Origin: an uncultured Planctomycetota bacterium
Lineage (GTDB): Bacteria > Planctomycetota > Planctomycetia > Isosphaerales > Isosphaeraceae
NCBI GenBank assembly: GCA_963845755.1
Contig: CAWJTV010000009.1
Span: forward strand, 96,001 to 160,000
Reading direction: 5' to 3'
Length of the DNA: 64,000 nt
Position 1 is the first letter of the stretch; each line of letters starts with the position of its first letter. Shown piece after piece: positions 1 to 11,503 of this stretch. The translations under genes and the position numbers were made by a program. The notes beneath the pieces are model-generated. The model was not told the DNA's origin. It did not search any database and saw only the letters and a list, made by a program, of their open reading frames with translations.

Positions 1-66
1 CCGCGGACGGTCCATCGCCGCCCTGTCCCCGACGTCCGACCCGTCCCCTTTCCGCAGCAAGGCCGA

Positions 67-519
67 TCAGGCCTGCGATTGGAGGTAGGTCTCGACCATC
101 ATCCTCAGTCCCCCATCGACCTCCAGCCCCATGGCCTTCCCCTTCGCGATCGTCTCCTCCGGGGTCCAGTGATTGGCGCGGGCCTGCTGGATCAGCAGCA
201 AAGCCACGGCGCGTCCCCCCCTGCGGCAATGGACGAGCACCTTCTGCGAACTCTGCGCATGCTGGTCGACGAAGTCACAGACCGCGGTGACGCCCGGATC
301 GGCCAGCGGCGCACCTCCCACGCCGTAGTGGAGGTAATCCATTCCCAGGGCGCGAACCTTCTCGCCCTCGACCTGCGGGCTCATCGGCTGCTCGGGCTCG
401 CCCGGATTGCGGAGGTTCACCACGCCCACATAGCCTTCGCGCTTCAGCTCTTCCAGGTCAGCCTCCGTCGGCTGGTCTCCGATCGTGATCGTGGGAGTCA
501 TCGGCTGCTTGACGTTCAT
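67..519 (-). CDS. DUF442/TIGR01244-like CX5R phosphatase/sulfurtransferase-fold protein
   Basis: GDQPT..L..L...G...VVNLR..GE and VLVHCRRGGR (CX5R) motifs; AGGAGG RBS before ATG 519. Confidence 0.8.
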   Translation of the reverse strand: MNVKQPMTPTITIGDQPTEADLEELKREGYVGVVNLRNPGEPEQPMSPQVEGEKVRALGMDYLHYGVGGAPLADPGVTAVCDFVDQHAQSSQKVLVHCRRGGRAVALLLIQQARANHWTPEETIAKGKAMGLEVDGGLRMMVETYLQSQA

Positions 520-630
520 CTTGACCTCCTCGGTGGCCTGGATCGATAACCTCGATCTTGAACTTAACCCGCCCATGGCGATCCGCCAAGCCTGCGCCTG
601 TCCTGGCACTCGTTATGCCGCGACTTGCTC

Positions 631-676
631 TTGACGAATTGACACTCGAAACTCACAATACCTACCGTTCGGTAGG
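631..676 (+). promoter_or_regulatory. Putative sigma70 promoter plus TetR operator palindrome
   Basis: TTGACG(631)-N17-CACAAT(654), then CCTACCGttCGGTAGG (661-676) directly upstream of the tetR-family gene. Confidence 0.6.
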
Positions 677-720
677 GTCGATGAGTCCAGGTCCTGGTTT
701 AGACGGAAATCCGAGATACC

Positions 721-1344
721 ATGACGGCGGGCACGACGATCAAGAGCGAGATGAGCCCGGTGGCGCGGCATATCGCACGCGTTGCCGCAAAATTTTTTGC
801 TGACCGGGGTTACGACGCGACATCGATCCGGGAGATCGTCGAGGCGGCGGGGGTGGCCAAGCCGACGCTCTACTACTATTTCGGGAGCAAGGAAGGGTTG
901 GCACAGGCGCTCCTGACGGTGCCGCTGAGCGGTCTGGCCGCGAGCCTGCGACAGCTCGTGACGACCGTGGAGGAGCCGATTCGCTGCCTGGAAGAGGTGA
1001 TGGAGGCGCAATACGCCTTCTGCCGGGAGGATCCGGATCGGGCTCGGTTCATTTACGCCCTGCTCTTCGGCCCGCTGGGCTCGGAGGTGGCCAGCGAGCT
1101 GGAGCCGTTCAAGGCCGACCTGTTCGAGTCGACCGCGGCGGCGGTGCGGCGGCTGGCGGATGCGGGCATCGTGTCGCGCGAACGGGTCGAAGCGTGCTCT
1201 TCGGCCTGCCGGGGGCTGATCGTCATCTCGACGCTGGATTACCTGTACGGCGAGAAGGCTTTGGGGCAAGAACTGGCACATCGCCAGGTGAAGGACTTGT
1301 TGTGTGGTTTGGCGAGTCATTCGATCTCTGACGACATGGGATGA
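721..1344 (+). CDS. TetR/AcrR family transcriptional regulator
   Basis: N-terminal HTH AAKFFADRGYDATSIREIVEAAGVAKPTLYYYFGSKEGL. Confidence 0.95.
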   Translation: MTAGTTIKSEMSPVARHIARVAAKFFADRGYDATSIREIVEAAGVAKPTLYYYFGSKEGLAQALLTVPLSGLAASLRQLVTTVEEPIRCLEEVMEAQYAFCREDPDRARFIYALLFGPLGSEVASELEPFKADLFESTAAAVRRLADAGIVSRERVEACSSACRGLIVISTLDYLYGEKALGQELAHRQVKDLLCGLASHSISDDMG

Positions 1345-1347
1345 TCA

Positions 1348-2670
1348 ATGATCACTTTGAGAAAATCCACGCTCTGGCAAGGATTGCTGGGCGCGGTCCT
1401 TGCGCCGTCGGTCGCGGGGTGCGGTTCGATGGGGGCGGAGCCGGCGGCTCGGGCCTCGACCGCCGCGAAGGATGTGCCAGTCACCGTCGCGGCACTTGAG
1501 CGCCGGCCGATCGAGCGGACTGTAGACGTCATCGGCACGCTCCGCGGATGGGAGCAGGTGACCGTTGGTACCAAGCGATCTGGGCGGGTCGTCAAGGTCT
1601 ATCACGACATGGGCGACCGGGTCGAGCCCGGCGCGCCGCTGGTCGAGCTGGAAGCCATCGACGCCAAGCTGGCCGTCGAGGAAGCCGAATCCAAGTACCT
1701 CGGCGCTCTGGTCAAACTCGGCATCACCAAGCGTCAGGCCGCCGAGTTCGTCAAGACCTACGGCATCAGCGAAGAACTGCTCTATAACCGCGTGACCGCC
1801 GAGGCCATCACCAAAATCCCGTCGGTCATTGAGAAGCAGGTGGCCCGGGACAAGGCCCACCAGAACCTGTTGCGCCAGCGCACCCTCACCCAACGCGGCG
1901 CGGGTACGACGCAAGAGCTCAATGACACCGAGAACGAATCGCGCACCGCGGTCGCCGCGTACGAGAACGCGCTCGGCGCGGCTCGAATCGTGATCGCCGA
2001 CGCCATCTCGGCCAAGGTGGAGCTGAGCAAGGCGGAGCAGGCGTTCAAGGACATGACGATCCGAGCCCCGCAGCCGAGGCTGTTGCCGCCGTCGTTGACC
2101 CGGACCAGCCGGATCACCTATGGCATCACCCGGCGACAGGTCTCCGAGGGGCAGATCCTCAAGGAGGGGGAGGCCGTCGCCGAGATGGTCATCGAGGACC
2201 CCCTGCGCCTCCGGACCCAGGTCCCCGAACAGTATGCCGACGAGGTTCGCACCGGACAGCTCGTCCGGCTCTCCGCGCGGTCGCATCGCGGGATGACTTT
2301 CGAGGGGCGGGTCTCCCGCATCAGCCCGTCGGTCGACCCGTCCAACCGCACGTTCCAGGTAGAAACCCTGGTCCCGAACGAGCGCGGGCTGCTCCGGCCC
2401 GGCGGATTGGCCAGCGCCTCGATCGTCACCGACGCGCAGGCCAAGGCCGCCGTCGTCCCGTTCGAATCGATCGTCCACTTCGCCGGGGTCACCAAGCTCT
2501 TCCTGGTCGAGGACGGCAAGGCACGAGCGATCAACGATATCAAGACCGGCAAGGAAGGACGCGGCTGGGTCGAGATCGTCAGCCCTCAGCTCCCGGCGAC
2601 CGCCGCCGTCATCACCACCGGCCAATCCCAGCTCGCCGACGGCACCCCGGTCGCGGTCCGCATGCCGTAG
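1348..2670 (+). CDS. RND efflux periplasmic adaptor (MFP), lipoprotein
   Basis: Lipobox VAGC; GRVVKVYHDMGDRVEPGAPL lipoyl half-motif; GRVSRISPSVDPSNRTF. Confidence 0.92.
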   Translation: MITLRKSTLWQGLLGAVLAPSVAGCGSMGAEPAARASTAAKDVPVTVAALERRPIERTVDVIGTLRGWEQVTVGTKRSGRVVKVYHDMGDRVEPGAPLVELEAIDAKLAVEEAESKYLGALVKLGITKRQAAEFVKTYGISEELLYNRVTAEAITKIPSVIEKQVARDKAHQNLLRQRTLTQRGAGTTQELNDTENESRTAVAAYENALGAARIVIADAISAKVELSKAEQAFKDMTIRAPQPRLLPPSLTRTSRITYGITRRQVSEGQILKEGEAVAEMVIEDPLRLRTQVPEQYADEVRTGQLVRLSARSHRGMTFEGRVSRISPSVDPSNRTFQVETLVPNERGLLRPGGLASASIVTDAQAKAAVVPFESIVHFAGVTKLFLVEDGKARAINDIKTGKEGRGWVEIVSPQLPATAAVITTGQSQLADGTPVAVRMP

Positions 2671-2920
2671 GGTGCTCGGTGAACACCAATCCTCATTGGG
2701 TGCTCTGTACTACGAACTTCGAGAATCTTGTTCCCCGTGCACGATTTCATAACGTCTCGAGGTACAAGAGGTTGGGTCGGCAGAAGGCATCGAAAAATTC
2801 TTCTCTGAGCCCTCTGTGACTCTGTGGGGAGTCTCTTTTGATTGGTTGGTTGCGGCTCGGCCGCACTGTGAGCACCAAGTCGGCCCGGCCACGAAGAACG
2901 GTGCTCACAGAGCACCCTAC
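2667..2920. repeat. GTAG-type REP cluster interrupted by a 157-bp hairpin-ended insert
   Basis: GTAGGGTGCTC..GCACC at 2667 and inverted GGTGCTCACAGAGCACCCTAC ending 2920; insert 2709-2865 flanked by CTGT direct repeats. Confidence 0.7.
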
Positions 2921-2932
2921 TGGACCATTCCT

Positions 2933-5900
2933 ATGACCATATCCGACATCTGTATCAAACGCCCGGTCTTCACCTGGGTCCTGGTCGCGATCCCGGTGGT
3001 ACTGGGCCTGGTCTCGTACGGCGAGCTGGGTGTCAACCTCTTCCCGGACGTCGACTTCCCGGTCTGTACCGTGACCACGGTGCTGCCGGGGGCCAGCGTC
3101 GAGGAGATGGAGACCACCGTCACCAAGCCGATCGAGGACATCATCAACACGGTCTCGGGCATCGACGAGCTGCGCTCGATCACGACGGAGGGCGTCTCGA
3201 TCGTGACGGTGCAGTTCCTGCTGTCGAAGGACGGGGACGTGGGGACGCAGGAGGTCCGGGACAAGGTCAACACGATCCTCGCGGACCTGCCGGACGGGAC
3301 CGATCCCCCCATCGTCGACAAGTTCGACACCGGCACGATGCCGGTGATGACGATCGCGGTGTCGGGGCGCCGCGACTTCCGGGAGGTGACCGAGCTGGCT
3401 CGCCGGCAGATCAAGGAACGGCTCGAGACGGTCAACGGCGTCGGGGCCATCAGCCTGGTCGGCGGCCGGGTGCGCGCGATGAACATCGTCCTCGAGACCG
3501 AGAGCCTGGCGGGATACGACCTCTCGGTCGAGGAGGTCCGACAGGCGTTGTTGCGCCAGAACCTCGAAGTCCCCGGCGGCCGCGTCGATCAGGGCTCGCG
3601 CGAACTGGTGCTCCGCACCCTGGGACGGCTCAAGACCGAGCGCGAGTTCAACGACCTGATCATCGCGAATCGCGACGGCTATCCGATTCGCATCCGCGAC
3701 GTCGGCCGCGCCGAGGATTCGTTCGAAGAGCCGCGGTCCGCGGCGCGGCTCGACGGCGTCAATGCTGTCAGCCTCGTCGTCCAGAAACAATCGGGGGTCA
3801 ACACGGTCCGGGTCGTCGAGGACGTGAAGGCCAAGTTGGGCCACCTCCGTGCCGCGCTGCCGCCCGACATCCACACCGAGGTCATTCGCGACCAGTCGCG
3901 GTTCATCAAGAAATCGATCGAGGAGGTGAAATTTCATCTCCTGCTCGCCGCCCTGCTGGTGTCGGCCACCATCCTGCTGTTCATCCGCGACTGGCGGACG
4001 ACCTTGATCGCCACGATGGCCATCCCCACGTCGATCATCCCGACCTTCGTGTTCATGAAATACATGGGCTTCACGCTCAACAACATCACGATGCTCGGGC
4101 TGATCCTGGCCATCGGCATCGTGATCGACGACGCGGTCGTCGTCCACGAGAACATCTTCCGGCACATGGAAGAGGACGGGATGGACGGGATGTCGGCGTC
4201 TCGGAAGGGGACGCGCGAGATCGCCCTGGCCGTGCTGGCAACCAGCCTCTCACTGGTGGTCATCTTCCTGCCGATCGCGTTCATGGGCGGGATCGTCGGG
4301 CGATTCTTCTCCAGCTTCGGGCTGACCGTCGCCTTCGCCGTGATGATGAGCCTGTTCGTCTCGTTCACGCTGACCCCGATGCTCTGCAGCCGGTTCCTCA
4401 AGCTCGAGCCGGTGGAGCCCGGACACGGGACTCATCGGCCCAGGTCGAAATCCGGCTTCGTATACCGGTTCATCGACGGCGCCTATGGCCTGGTGCTCCG
4501 GTCGGCGTTGCGTCACAAGTTCCTCGTCGTACTCCTGACCTTCGTGGTCATCGCCGGCACGGTCCCGATCGGCCGGATCATGGGCGTCTCGTTGATCCCT
4601 CGCGACGACCAGAGCGAGTACGAGATCACCGTGACGACCCCCGAAGGCTACAGCCTGGAGCGGAGCGGTAAGCTCCTGGCCGAGCTCGAGGCGCGGATCT
4701 GGCGGCTCTCGGGGACCCAGCACGTCTTCACGACCGTCGGCCAGACCGAAGGCGGTCGCGTGGTCAAGGGCGAGGGCGACGTCACCCGCGCGACGATCTA
4801 TGTCCGGATCACGGACCTCGAGGAGCGCGAGTCCGCGACCAAGGTTCGCGGCTGGTGGGACCTGCCGGGCCAGGTGCGCCGATTCTGGAACGGTCCCCGG
4901 ATCAACCAGTTCGCCGTCCAGAATGAGGCGCGTCAGTTCCTCGAGGACTATCCCGACCTGCGCGTGAGCGTCAACGACGTCTCGCCGTTCCAGGGCGGTC
5001 GACGGGCCCAGACCTTCCAGGTCAACCTCGCAGGTCCCGACTTGAACACCTTGTCGGAATACGCCGCACCAGCTCATCGTCAAGCTGAAACAGGAAGGCG
5101 GACTGGTCGACCTGGACACGACCCTGTCGCTCCGCAAGCCCGAAGTGCAGGTGATCGTCGACCGCGAGGCGGCCAGCGACCTCGGCGTGCCGGTCGGGAC
5201 CATCGCCGACTCGCTCCGGGTCCTGGTCGGCGGCTTGCCCGTCTCCAAGTTCCGCGACGGGGACCAGCAGTATGACGTCTGGCTCCGGGCCGAGTCCGGC
5301 GACCGAGGGACCCACCAGGATCTCTACCAGATCACCTTTCCTTCGCCGACCGTGGGGCTGGTCAAGCTGGCCAGCCTGGCCAAGCTCGTCGAGGACCGCG
5401 GGCCGACGGAGATCGAACGACTCGGCCGCGAGCGGATCGTCACGGTCCTCGGCAACCCCGAGGGCATCGCGCTGGGCGATGCGGTCGATCGCGCCGAGCG
5501 AATCTTGAAATCGATGAACCTGCCGCCCCAGTATTCCTATGTCTTCACCGGGCAGGCCAAGACCCTGGGTGAGACGGGCTATTACTTCCTGATCGCGTTC
5601 ACCCTGTCGATCGTCTTCATGTACCTGATCCTGGCCGCCCAGTTCGAGAGCTGGATGCAGCCGATCGCCATCCTGATGGCCTTGCCCGTGACCATCCCCT
5701 TCGGCATGCTCTCGCTGGTCTTGTTCCGGACGCCGATGGACCTCTACGCGATGTTCGGCCTGTTCATGCTGGTCGGCATCGTCAAGAAGAACGGCATCCT
5801 CCAGGTCGACGCCACCAACCAGCTCCGGGCCAAGGGTTATCCGCGTCGGGACGCGATCCTCGAGGCCAATCACACCCGGCTGCGGCCGATCCTGATGACG

Positions 5901-6205
5901 ACGGTGATGCTGGTCGCGGCCATGGTCCCCATCGCGCTGGGACAGGGCCCGGCGCCGGTGCGCGGGCCAGCATGGCCAAGGTGATCATCGGCGGCCAGAT
6001 GCTCTCCCTGGTCCTGGCGCTGCTGGTGACTCCCGTGTTCTACTCGCTCCTCGACACGATGACCAACCTGGCGCGACGGCTGGGCATTCGATTCTCGGTC
6101 GAGCCGGCCCCGAGGGTCGCGACCCATCCCCATCTCGTGCCCACGAGGAACGGCGAACACAACGGGAGCGATGTGGAAACCGAGACCGCCGGGCATTACT
6201 CTTGA
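2933..6205 (+). CDS. RND efflux permease (AcrB/HAE1-like); two apparent frameshifts (~5065, ~5955)
   Basis: ISDICIKRPVF, LFPDVDFP, GIVIDDAVVVHEN, VKKNGIL, RLRPILMTT; joins ORFs 2816..5275, 5145..5984, 5972..6205. Confidence 0.92.
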
Positions 6206-6250
6206 GTCGTCCCGGAGGGCATCGGATTCATCCGATCCCGTCGCATCGCC

Positions 6251-7060
6251 TCAACGGCGTCGGCTCTGCGCCGCTTGCGCGCGATCTCGCGCAACGACCG
6301 GACGGCCCGATGATGCCTGGGGGCTTCGCGTCTGGGCGACCACCTGAGAGAACCGCTGCTTGGTCTGGGTATCGATCGCCGCGTGATTGTTCACGACCTG
6401 GCTGGCCCAGTTCGGGTAGGTGGTGACGAGCCGGCTCATCAGCGAGACGAAATAGCCGGCCTCCTTGACCTGTTCTTCCAGGATCCGCTCGACCACCGGC
6501 CGCAAGGGCCGGGCGACGGTCTTCCATCCCTTCGAGTCGACCTTCACGAACGCGTCGATGTTGTGCTGGACCCACGGCGCGTGGTTGCTGTCCTGGTAAT
6601 ACGAGGTGTTCACGACCAGGATGATCCGGGCCTCGACCCGGGCATTGCCGTGGGGGCTGACATAATTCAAGTGTCCCAGCAGGACATGCATGCGGGGCGA
6701 GCGGAGCACGAACTCCCAGGCGGCCGTCGCGCCCGACCCATCCGTGCCCTCATATCGGTTCGGCGCCACCTTCTGGAGCTGGACCGGCGCGTCGCTCAGG
6801 TCTTTCCAGAGGGCCAGGGTCACCGCCGGCTCGTTGACGAGGCTCAGGTACAGGCTCGACGGGCAAGAAAACGAGTCCGGCTCGCCCTGGCGATGGAAGG
6901 TGTGGTCGCGGATGACCTCCGAAACCGTCTCGCGATGCTCTTGCCCGATCTGATCGAGGGGTACGATCTGGGCCGGATCGATGCGACGAGTGCCGAGACC
7001 GGCCCGGACCGGGCACGTCGTCAGCCCCAGCGCGACCATCATGGCCATCGCAACCGGCAT
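6251..7060 (-). CDS. Exported hypothetical protein
   Basis: Globular-looking ORF with signal-like MPVAMAMMVALGLTTCPVRA; start uncertain. Confidence 0.65.
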   Translation of the reverse strand: MPVAMAMMVALGLTTCPVRAGLGTRRIDPAQIVPLDQIGQEHRETVSEVIRDHTFHRQGEPDSFSCPSSLYLSLVNEPAVTLALWKDLSDAPVQLQKVAPNRYEGTDGSGATAAWEFVLRSPRMHVLLGHLNYVSPHGNARVEARIILVVNTSYYQDSNHAPWVQHNIDAFVKVDSKGWKTVARPLRPVVERILEEQVKEAGYFVSLMSRLVTTYPNWASQVVNNHAAIDTQTKQRFSQVVAQTRSPQASSGRPVVARDRAQAAQSRRR

Positions 7061-7600
7061 ATTCTTCCCAGCAGTCGGAAATCGGCGGACTACCATCCCG
7101 ATCATGGACGACTCCGTCGTAGTGAGGACGCGTTCCTCCGCGCGGCGGCGGTAGGAACTCCGCTCCCGCCCCACGCGCCCGCCATTTTCGTTACCATTCT
7201 CTGATCGGATTCTCGGACTCGTTTCCTGACATCCCGCGCGACCCGATCGATTTCGATTTCCGAGCCCGCTATTCCTCAAGATCCACGCGATCGTCCAACC
7301 GTCGGAATGCGGACGCGGTTCCCGCCTCGGCCGTCGGCCGGTTCCCTGCCGGCCCAGCCGTTGAGGAATTCCCGGCTCCGCCGCAGTCGCTCGAACGTCG
7401 TGCGCACGAATCGCGTCCGAAATTGCTGTCGAAGCCTGTGTTAAGGCGATCAGACACTTCAACGGAACGCGACGCGTTTTCCCGTATCTCGAAGGAATTC
7501 CCCCGAATCGGGACCGGGTCCAGGATCCCCCCGTTTACGCGATCCGCCGACGCGGATAGGCTGGATCATGGAGTCCCCGCGGCGATCCCATCGATCTCGA

Positions 7601-8776
7601 ATGAACAGCCAGAGGACCGTGTCCTTGAAGACGACCACGACGCGGCTTTGGCCGGTATGTGGCATCACGGCGGGTGCCGCCGCGATGGCCGTCATGCTGG
7701 CCGTATCGTTGATCTCGGCGGGTTGCGATTCCAACTCGTTCGCCCCACCGCCGCCCCCGGAATTGAAAGTGCCGGCCAGGCCGGGTTTCGCGGCCACCTA
7801 CGAGGGTGCAGGCAGCGCGGCGTCATCCTCCGTCCCGTCCGTGGGAAAGCCTGCGAGTCGGAGTGTGCGGATCGTGGAATTGATCCTGGCCCGGCCGGCA
7901 AATGACGACCGCGTTTACTTGGACCATCTCCTCCGCCAGGACCTCGCAACGTTCCGGATTCCCGTTCGGCTCACCCAGCCCGATCCACAGAAGCGGTCGT
8001 CGCCCGAAGACCTGGCCGGCGCGATCCGTGCCGCCGTCAGCCGGGGCGTCGCGGGCTTGGTGGTTGAGCCCACCGAGGATGAGGTGGTGGTCAACGCCCT
8101 CTACGAGGCCGTCGGCCGGGGCGTCGCGGTCCTCCTGCTCGATCGGCCCGTCCCCGCTCGCGGCGGCAAGTCGATCCCCTTGATCGAGTACACCGCATTC
8201 GACGACGTGGGGCGGCAGCTCGTAACGGCCGCCCTGGAGGCGGGCCCGAGCTTCAAGCCAGCCAGGCCCGGGCGGATCATCATCCTCCACCACCGCTCAG
8301 ACGACCCGTATCTCGAACGCGGCTTCCAGTCGCTGGTCGGACCCTGTCGGACGGCCGGCAAGCCGATGGAGATCCTCGAATTCGACGGGAACGCCGAGCA
8401 AGGGATGGCGGTGATGAAGAAGTCGCTGGAGGCCGATCCCGGTCTGGAAATCCTCCTGGTCGACGATGCAGTCGGCGTCTCCGTCGGTTTCCGTATCCAC
8501 TTTGATCGGATCAAATCCAACGGCGCTGGATTCGTGCTCGCGGGCTACCTCTCCAACGATTACCGGAGCAGCACGTTCCTCGATCTCATGTACGCCATGG
8601 GCGATCGCTCGGTCCAATCCTATGCGTCGAAGACGTCCCTGGCGATCCGGAGTCTGATGGAGTCCAGGGCGGTGGGAGATGTGGTCGAAGTCCCCATCAC
8701 ATTCCGCCAAAGGTCAACGAACCCTAACCCTACCTCCAAGGCGATAGAAGCTCCCCCTACGGCACGGAAGCCGTAA
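7601..8776 (+). CDS. Lipoprotein with LacI/sugar-type periplasmic substrate-binding fold
   Basis: Lipobox ISAGC; AIRAAVSRGVAGLVVEP and GRGVAVLLLDR resemble type I periplasmic binding proteins. Confidence 0.7.
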   Translation: MNSQRTVSLKTTTTRLWPVCGITAGAAAMAVMLAVSLISAGCDSNSFAPPPPPELKVPARPGFAATYEGAGSAASSSVPSVGKPASRSVRIVELILARPANDDRVYLDHLLRQDLATFRIPVRLTQPDPQKRSSPEDLAGAIRAAVSRGVAGLVVEPTEDEVVVNALYEAVGRGVAVLLLDRPVPARGGKSIPLIEYTAFDDVGRQLVTAALEAGPSFKPARPGRIIILHHRSDDPYLERGFQSLVGPCRTAGKPMEILEFDGNAEQGMAVMKKSLEADPGLEILLVDDAVGVSVGFRIHFDRIKSNGAGFVLAGYLSNDYRSSTFLDLMYAMGDRSVQSYASKTSLAIRSLMESRAVGDVVEVPITFRQRSTNPNPTSKAIEAPPTARKP

Positions 8777-9150
8777 TGGCTGACCGCTGGGCGACGTCCG
8801 GACGCCCGCCGGCGGGCGTCCCGGAGAGTGTCTTGCTCATCTACCCACCAGGGTCTGACCTATCGTATTGCTTCCCACGTGATGGAACGCGTAGGATTCT
8901 TTGGTTGGATGCACGTTGGTCCGGATCGCAAATCCCTGGCTGAGGTTGGTCGTCCGCGGGTGATCGGACAGAATGATGTCGATTTGCGTGGTTTTCTGAT
9001 CAGCCGAATCCGAGCCGATCACCGATGGCGGCTCCAACGGAGTCTTGCCCTACCGGTCAAGTTTCCACAATCCTTCGAATCATGCGAGGTCACATCCCGT
9101 CTCCGCGATCAGCGATTTCGCCCACTATTACGGGGAGGACGGCCTTGACG

Positions 9151-11070
9151 ATGGTGACTCCGCGCAAGCTCGGCCCGCTCGACGTGCTCGTCCTCTCGGT
9201 TTGGTGTGGCCTCGCTGGCGGGTTGCTCGAAGTGGGGACGGTCGTCTTCTGCAAGCTCCTGCCAGGCCACCGAATGTATGGGATGAGCCGGCATTTCCTT
9301 TGGATGGCACCGCTATCTAATCTGGTGCTCTTTGCCGGAATTGGCTTGCTCCTGGCGGTGTCGACAAGATTCTGGCCTCGTCACGGAGGATGGTTTTCCT
9401 CCCGGCTGATCGGTTTCTTGGTGGTCTTGCCCCTGCTCGTCGTGATGAGCACCAGGATCTATTCGTGGGCCTGGGCGATCCTGGCATTCGGCATCGCGTC
9501 GCGTCTGATGCCGATCGTCGAACAACGTCCGACCGAGGCCCGGCGCTGGCAGATACGGAGTCTCCCGGCCCTCCTCGGTATCGTCGTGGTTCTTTGGGGT
9601 GGCGTGTCGGGAAGAGACTGGCTCAAGCAGCGGCACGAGGTGAGCCGTCCTTTACCTTCCGGCGATCCCCCGAACGTGCTCCTGATCGTACTGGACACGG
9701 TTCGCGCCGACCGTCTGAGTCTCTACGGTTACCAGCGTCCGACCAGCCCGACACTCGAACGGCTGGCCAAGCGGGGTATCCGCTTTGAGAAGGCGCGCGC
9801 GACCGCCCCGTGGACCCTCCCCTCCCACGCAAGCATGTTTACCGGCCGCTGGCCCCATGAACTCGATGTGAACTGGAACACGCGGCTGGGGACGAAGTAC
9901 CCCACCTTGGCGGAGTATCTGGGTTCCCGCGGTTATGCGACCGCGGGATTCGCCGCCAATGTCCAATACTGCTCGTATGAATTCGGCCTGGACCGGGGCT
10001 TCACTCATTACGAGGACTATGTCCTCGAATCCATGACTCCTTTGCGGATGTGTTCTCTGGGTGACCTCGTTCTGAAAACAGCCTCTCGCTTGGGTTGGAC
10101 ACTGAGCGCGAGCCTGGGCCCACTCCCTTTTCTTCCCCATCAAGACTCCCCAATCTGGCGGATCCTGGCCAGCGATCCCAAGATCGATGCGGGCTCAATC
10201 AATCGCGAGTTCTTGGATTGGTTGTCGCAACGGCGCGAGCCGGGACGTCCGTTCTTCGCCTTCCTCAACTACCTTGACGCCCATTCCACGTACCTGCTTC
10301 CTCGGGGCACGCCATACCGCTTTGGACGGCCACCCAAGACCGAAGCCGAGGTCCAGGTCCTCGTCAACTGGATCACCCTCGACAAGGTCATGCTGCCCCC
10401 CGATTACCTGAACATGGTTCGAGATTGCTACGATAGTTGTCTGGGTTACCTGGACGAGCAGTTGGATAAGCTGTTCAGCGAGCTGAAGCGTCGTGGCGTC
10501 CTCGGCCGCACACTTGTGATCGTCACCGCCGATCACGGCGAAGGACTCGGAGAGCATGGCCTGTTTTTCCACGGCGAGACGCTTTACCGCACGGAGACGC
10601 GCGTACCGCTCTTGGTTGTTCCGCCTGCGTACAACCAGTCCGTCGTCGTCAGCAATACCATTAGCCTTCGTGACCTTCCGGCGACCATCGCGGACTTGAC
10701 TGGCCAGGGAACCGGGGCGCCGTTTCCAGGCCGGTCGCTGGTCAGACTTTGGCAGGATTCGCGCACAGGCGATCCGGCTCTCGACGGGGAAGGAGCGATC
10801 TCGGAACTGGCGAGCCCCAATCCGTATGATCCGAATCAAGGTCGGTCGCCCGTACATCGGGGTGCGTTGGTGTCAATCGCTGAAGGCGATTACGTTTACA
10901 TTCGCAACGAAGGTGACAACGGCGAGGAACTCTTCAATGAGCACGACGATCCGAATGAGTTCGACAATCGTGCTCAGTTTGACACCACGCATGATGTCAA
11001 GGAACGGCTTCGGACGCATCTCGACCGGATAAGAACTGGTCTCGGCGTGTCGCCGAATCGTCGCCCGTGA
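9151..11070 (+). CDS. Membrane-anchored sulfatase-like alkaline-phosphatase-superfamily enzyme (Thr-type), paralog 1
   Basis: About 5 N-terminal TM helices; PNVLLIVLDTVRAD, WTLPSHASMFTG, DAH, TADHGE. Confidence 0.9.
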   Translation: MVTPRKLGPLDVLVLSVWCGLAGGLLEVGTVVFCKLLPGHRMYGMSRHFLWMAPLSNLVLFAGIGLLLAVSTRFWPRHGGWFSSRLIGFLVVLPLLVVMSTRIYSWAWAILAFGIASRLMPIVEQRPTEARRWQIRSLPALLGIVVVLWGGVSGRDWLKQRHEVSRPLPSGDPPNVLLIVLDTVRADRLSLYGYQRPTSPTLERLAKRGIRFEKARATAPWTLPSHASMFTGRWPHELDVNWNTRLGTKYPTLAEYLGSRGYATAGFAANVQYCSYEFGLDRGFTHYEDYVLESMTPLRMCSLGDLVLKTASRLGWTLSASLGPLPFLPHQDSPIWRILASDPKIDAGSINREFLDWLSQRREPGRPFFAFLNYLDAHSTYLLPRGTPYRFGRPPKTEAEVQVLVNWITLDKVMLPPDYLNMVRDCYDSCLGYLDEQLDKLFSELKRRGVLGRTLVIVTADHGEGLGEHGLFFHGETLYRTETRVPLLVVPPAYNQSVVVSNTISLRDLPATIADLTGQGTGAPFPGRSLVRLWQDSRTGDPALDGEGAISELASPNPYDPNQGRSPVHRGALVSIAEGDYVYIRNEGDNGEELFNEHDDPNEFDNRAQFDTTHDVKERLRTHLDRIRTGLGVSPNRRP

Positions 11071-11503
11071 TGATTATCGCCCGCTCCCATTCCCTGAGAA
11101 CATCATGTGATGTGATCGACTCAGTCCGAGCAGACTCCTGATTCATCCGCTGATGGAACCGTGCTGGGGTCCGCGCCCGGCGGAGTGACTGGCTGTTCCA
11201 GAATGCTGAAAGCCTGTCCCCCTCGATGAATCGATCGGTCGGATGCCCCGCATCAACGCCGGACGAGCCTTTGTCCGTCTCGATTGCCTCCTCGTGCATC
11301 GATTCTGCGTTTGATGCTGGTCGGCGAGATCGCATCAGCGCTCGCACAATATCTTGCGACGAATGAATCGCCCTTCACGCCATCCGCATGTTCGTGATTA
11401 CGGGTCTGACGGAGAATGCTCTCGACTTCAGGAGCGATGCAGAAGGACCTTGATCTCTGAAATCCTTGGTCGCTGTGGATGACGAATGCGATCGCCCAGA
11501 TTC

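Noticed and set aside
5050..5080. Programmed ribosomal frameshifting in split genes
   Set aside because: No slippery heptamer, and indels are scattered across unrelated genes
1345..5873. Long antisense ORFs (also 18723-20393, 26031-27596, 34806-36299)
   Set aside because: Shadows of GC-rich genes on the opposite strand with no recognisable motifs
8828..9148. Short ORFs between the binding protein and sulfatase 1 (also 10997-11347)
   Set aside because: No motif, RBS or codon-bias support
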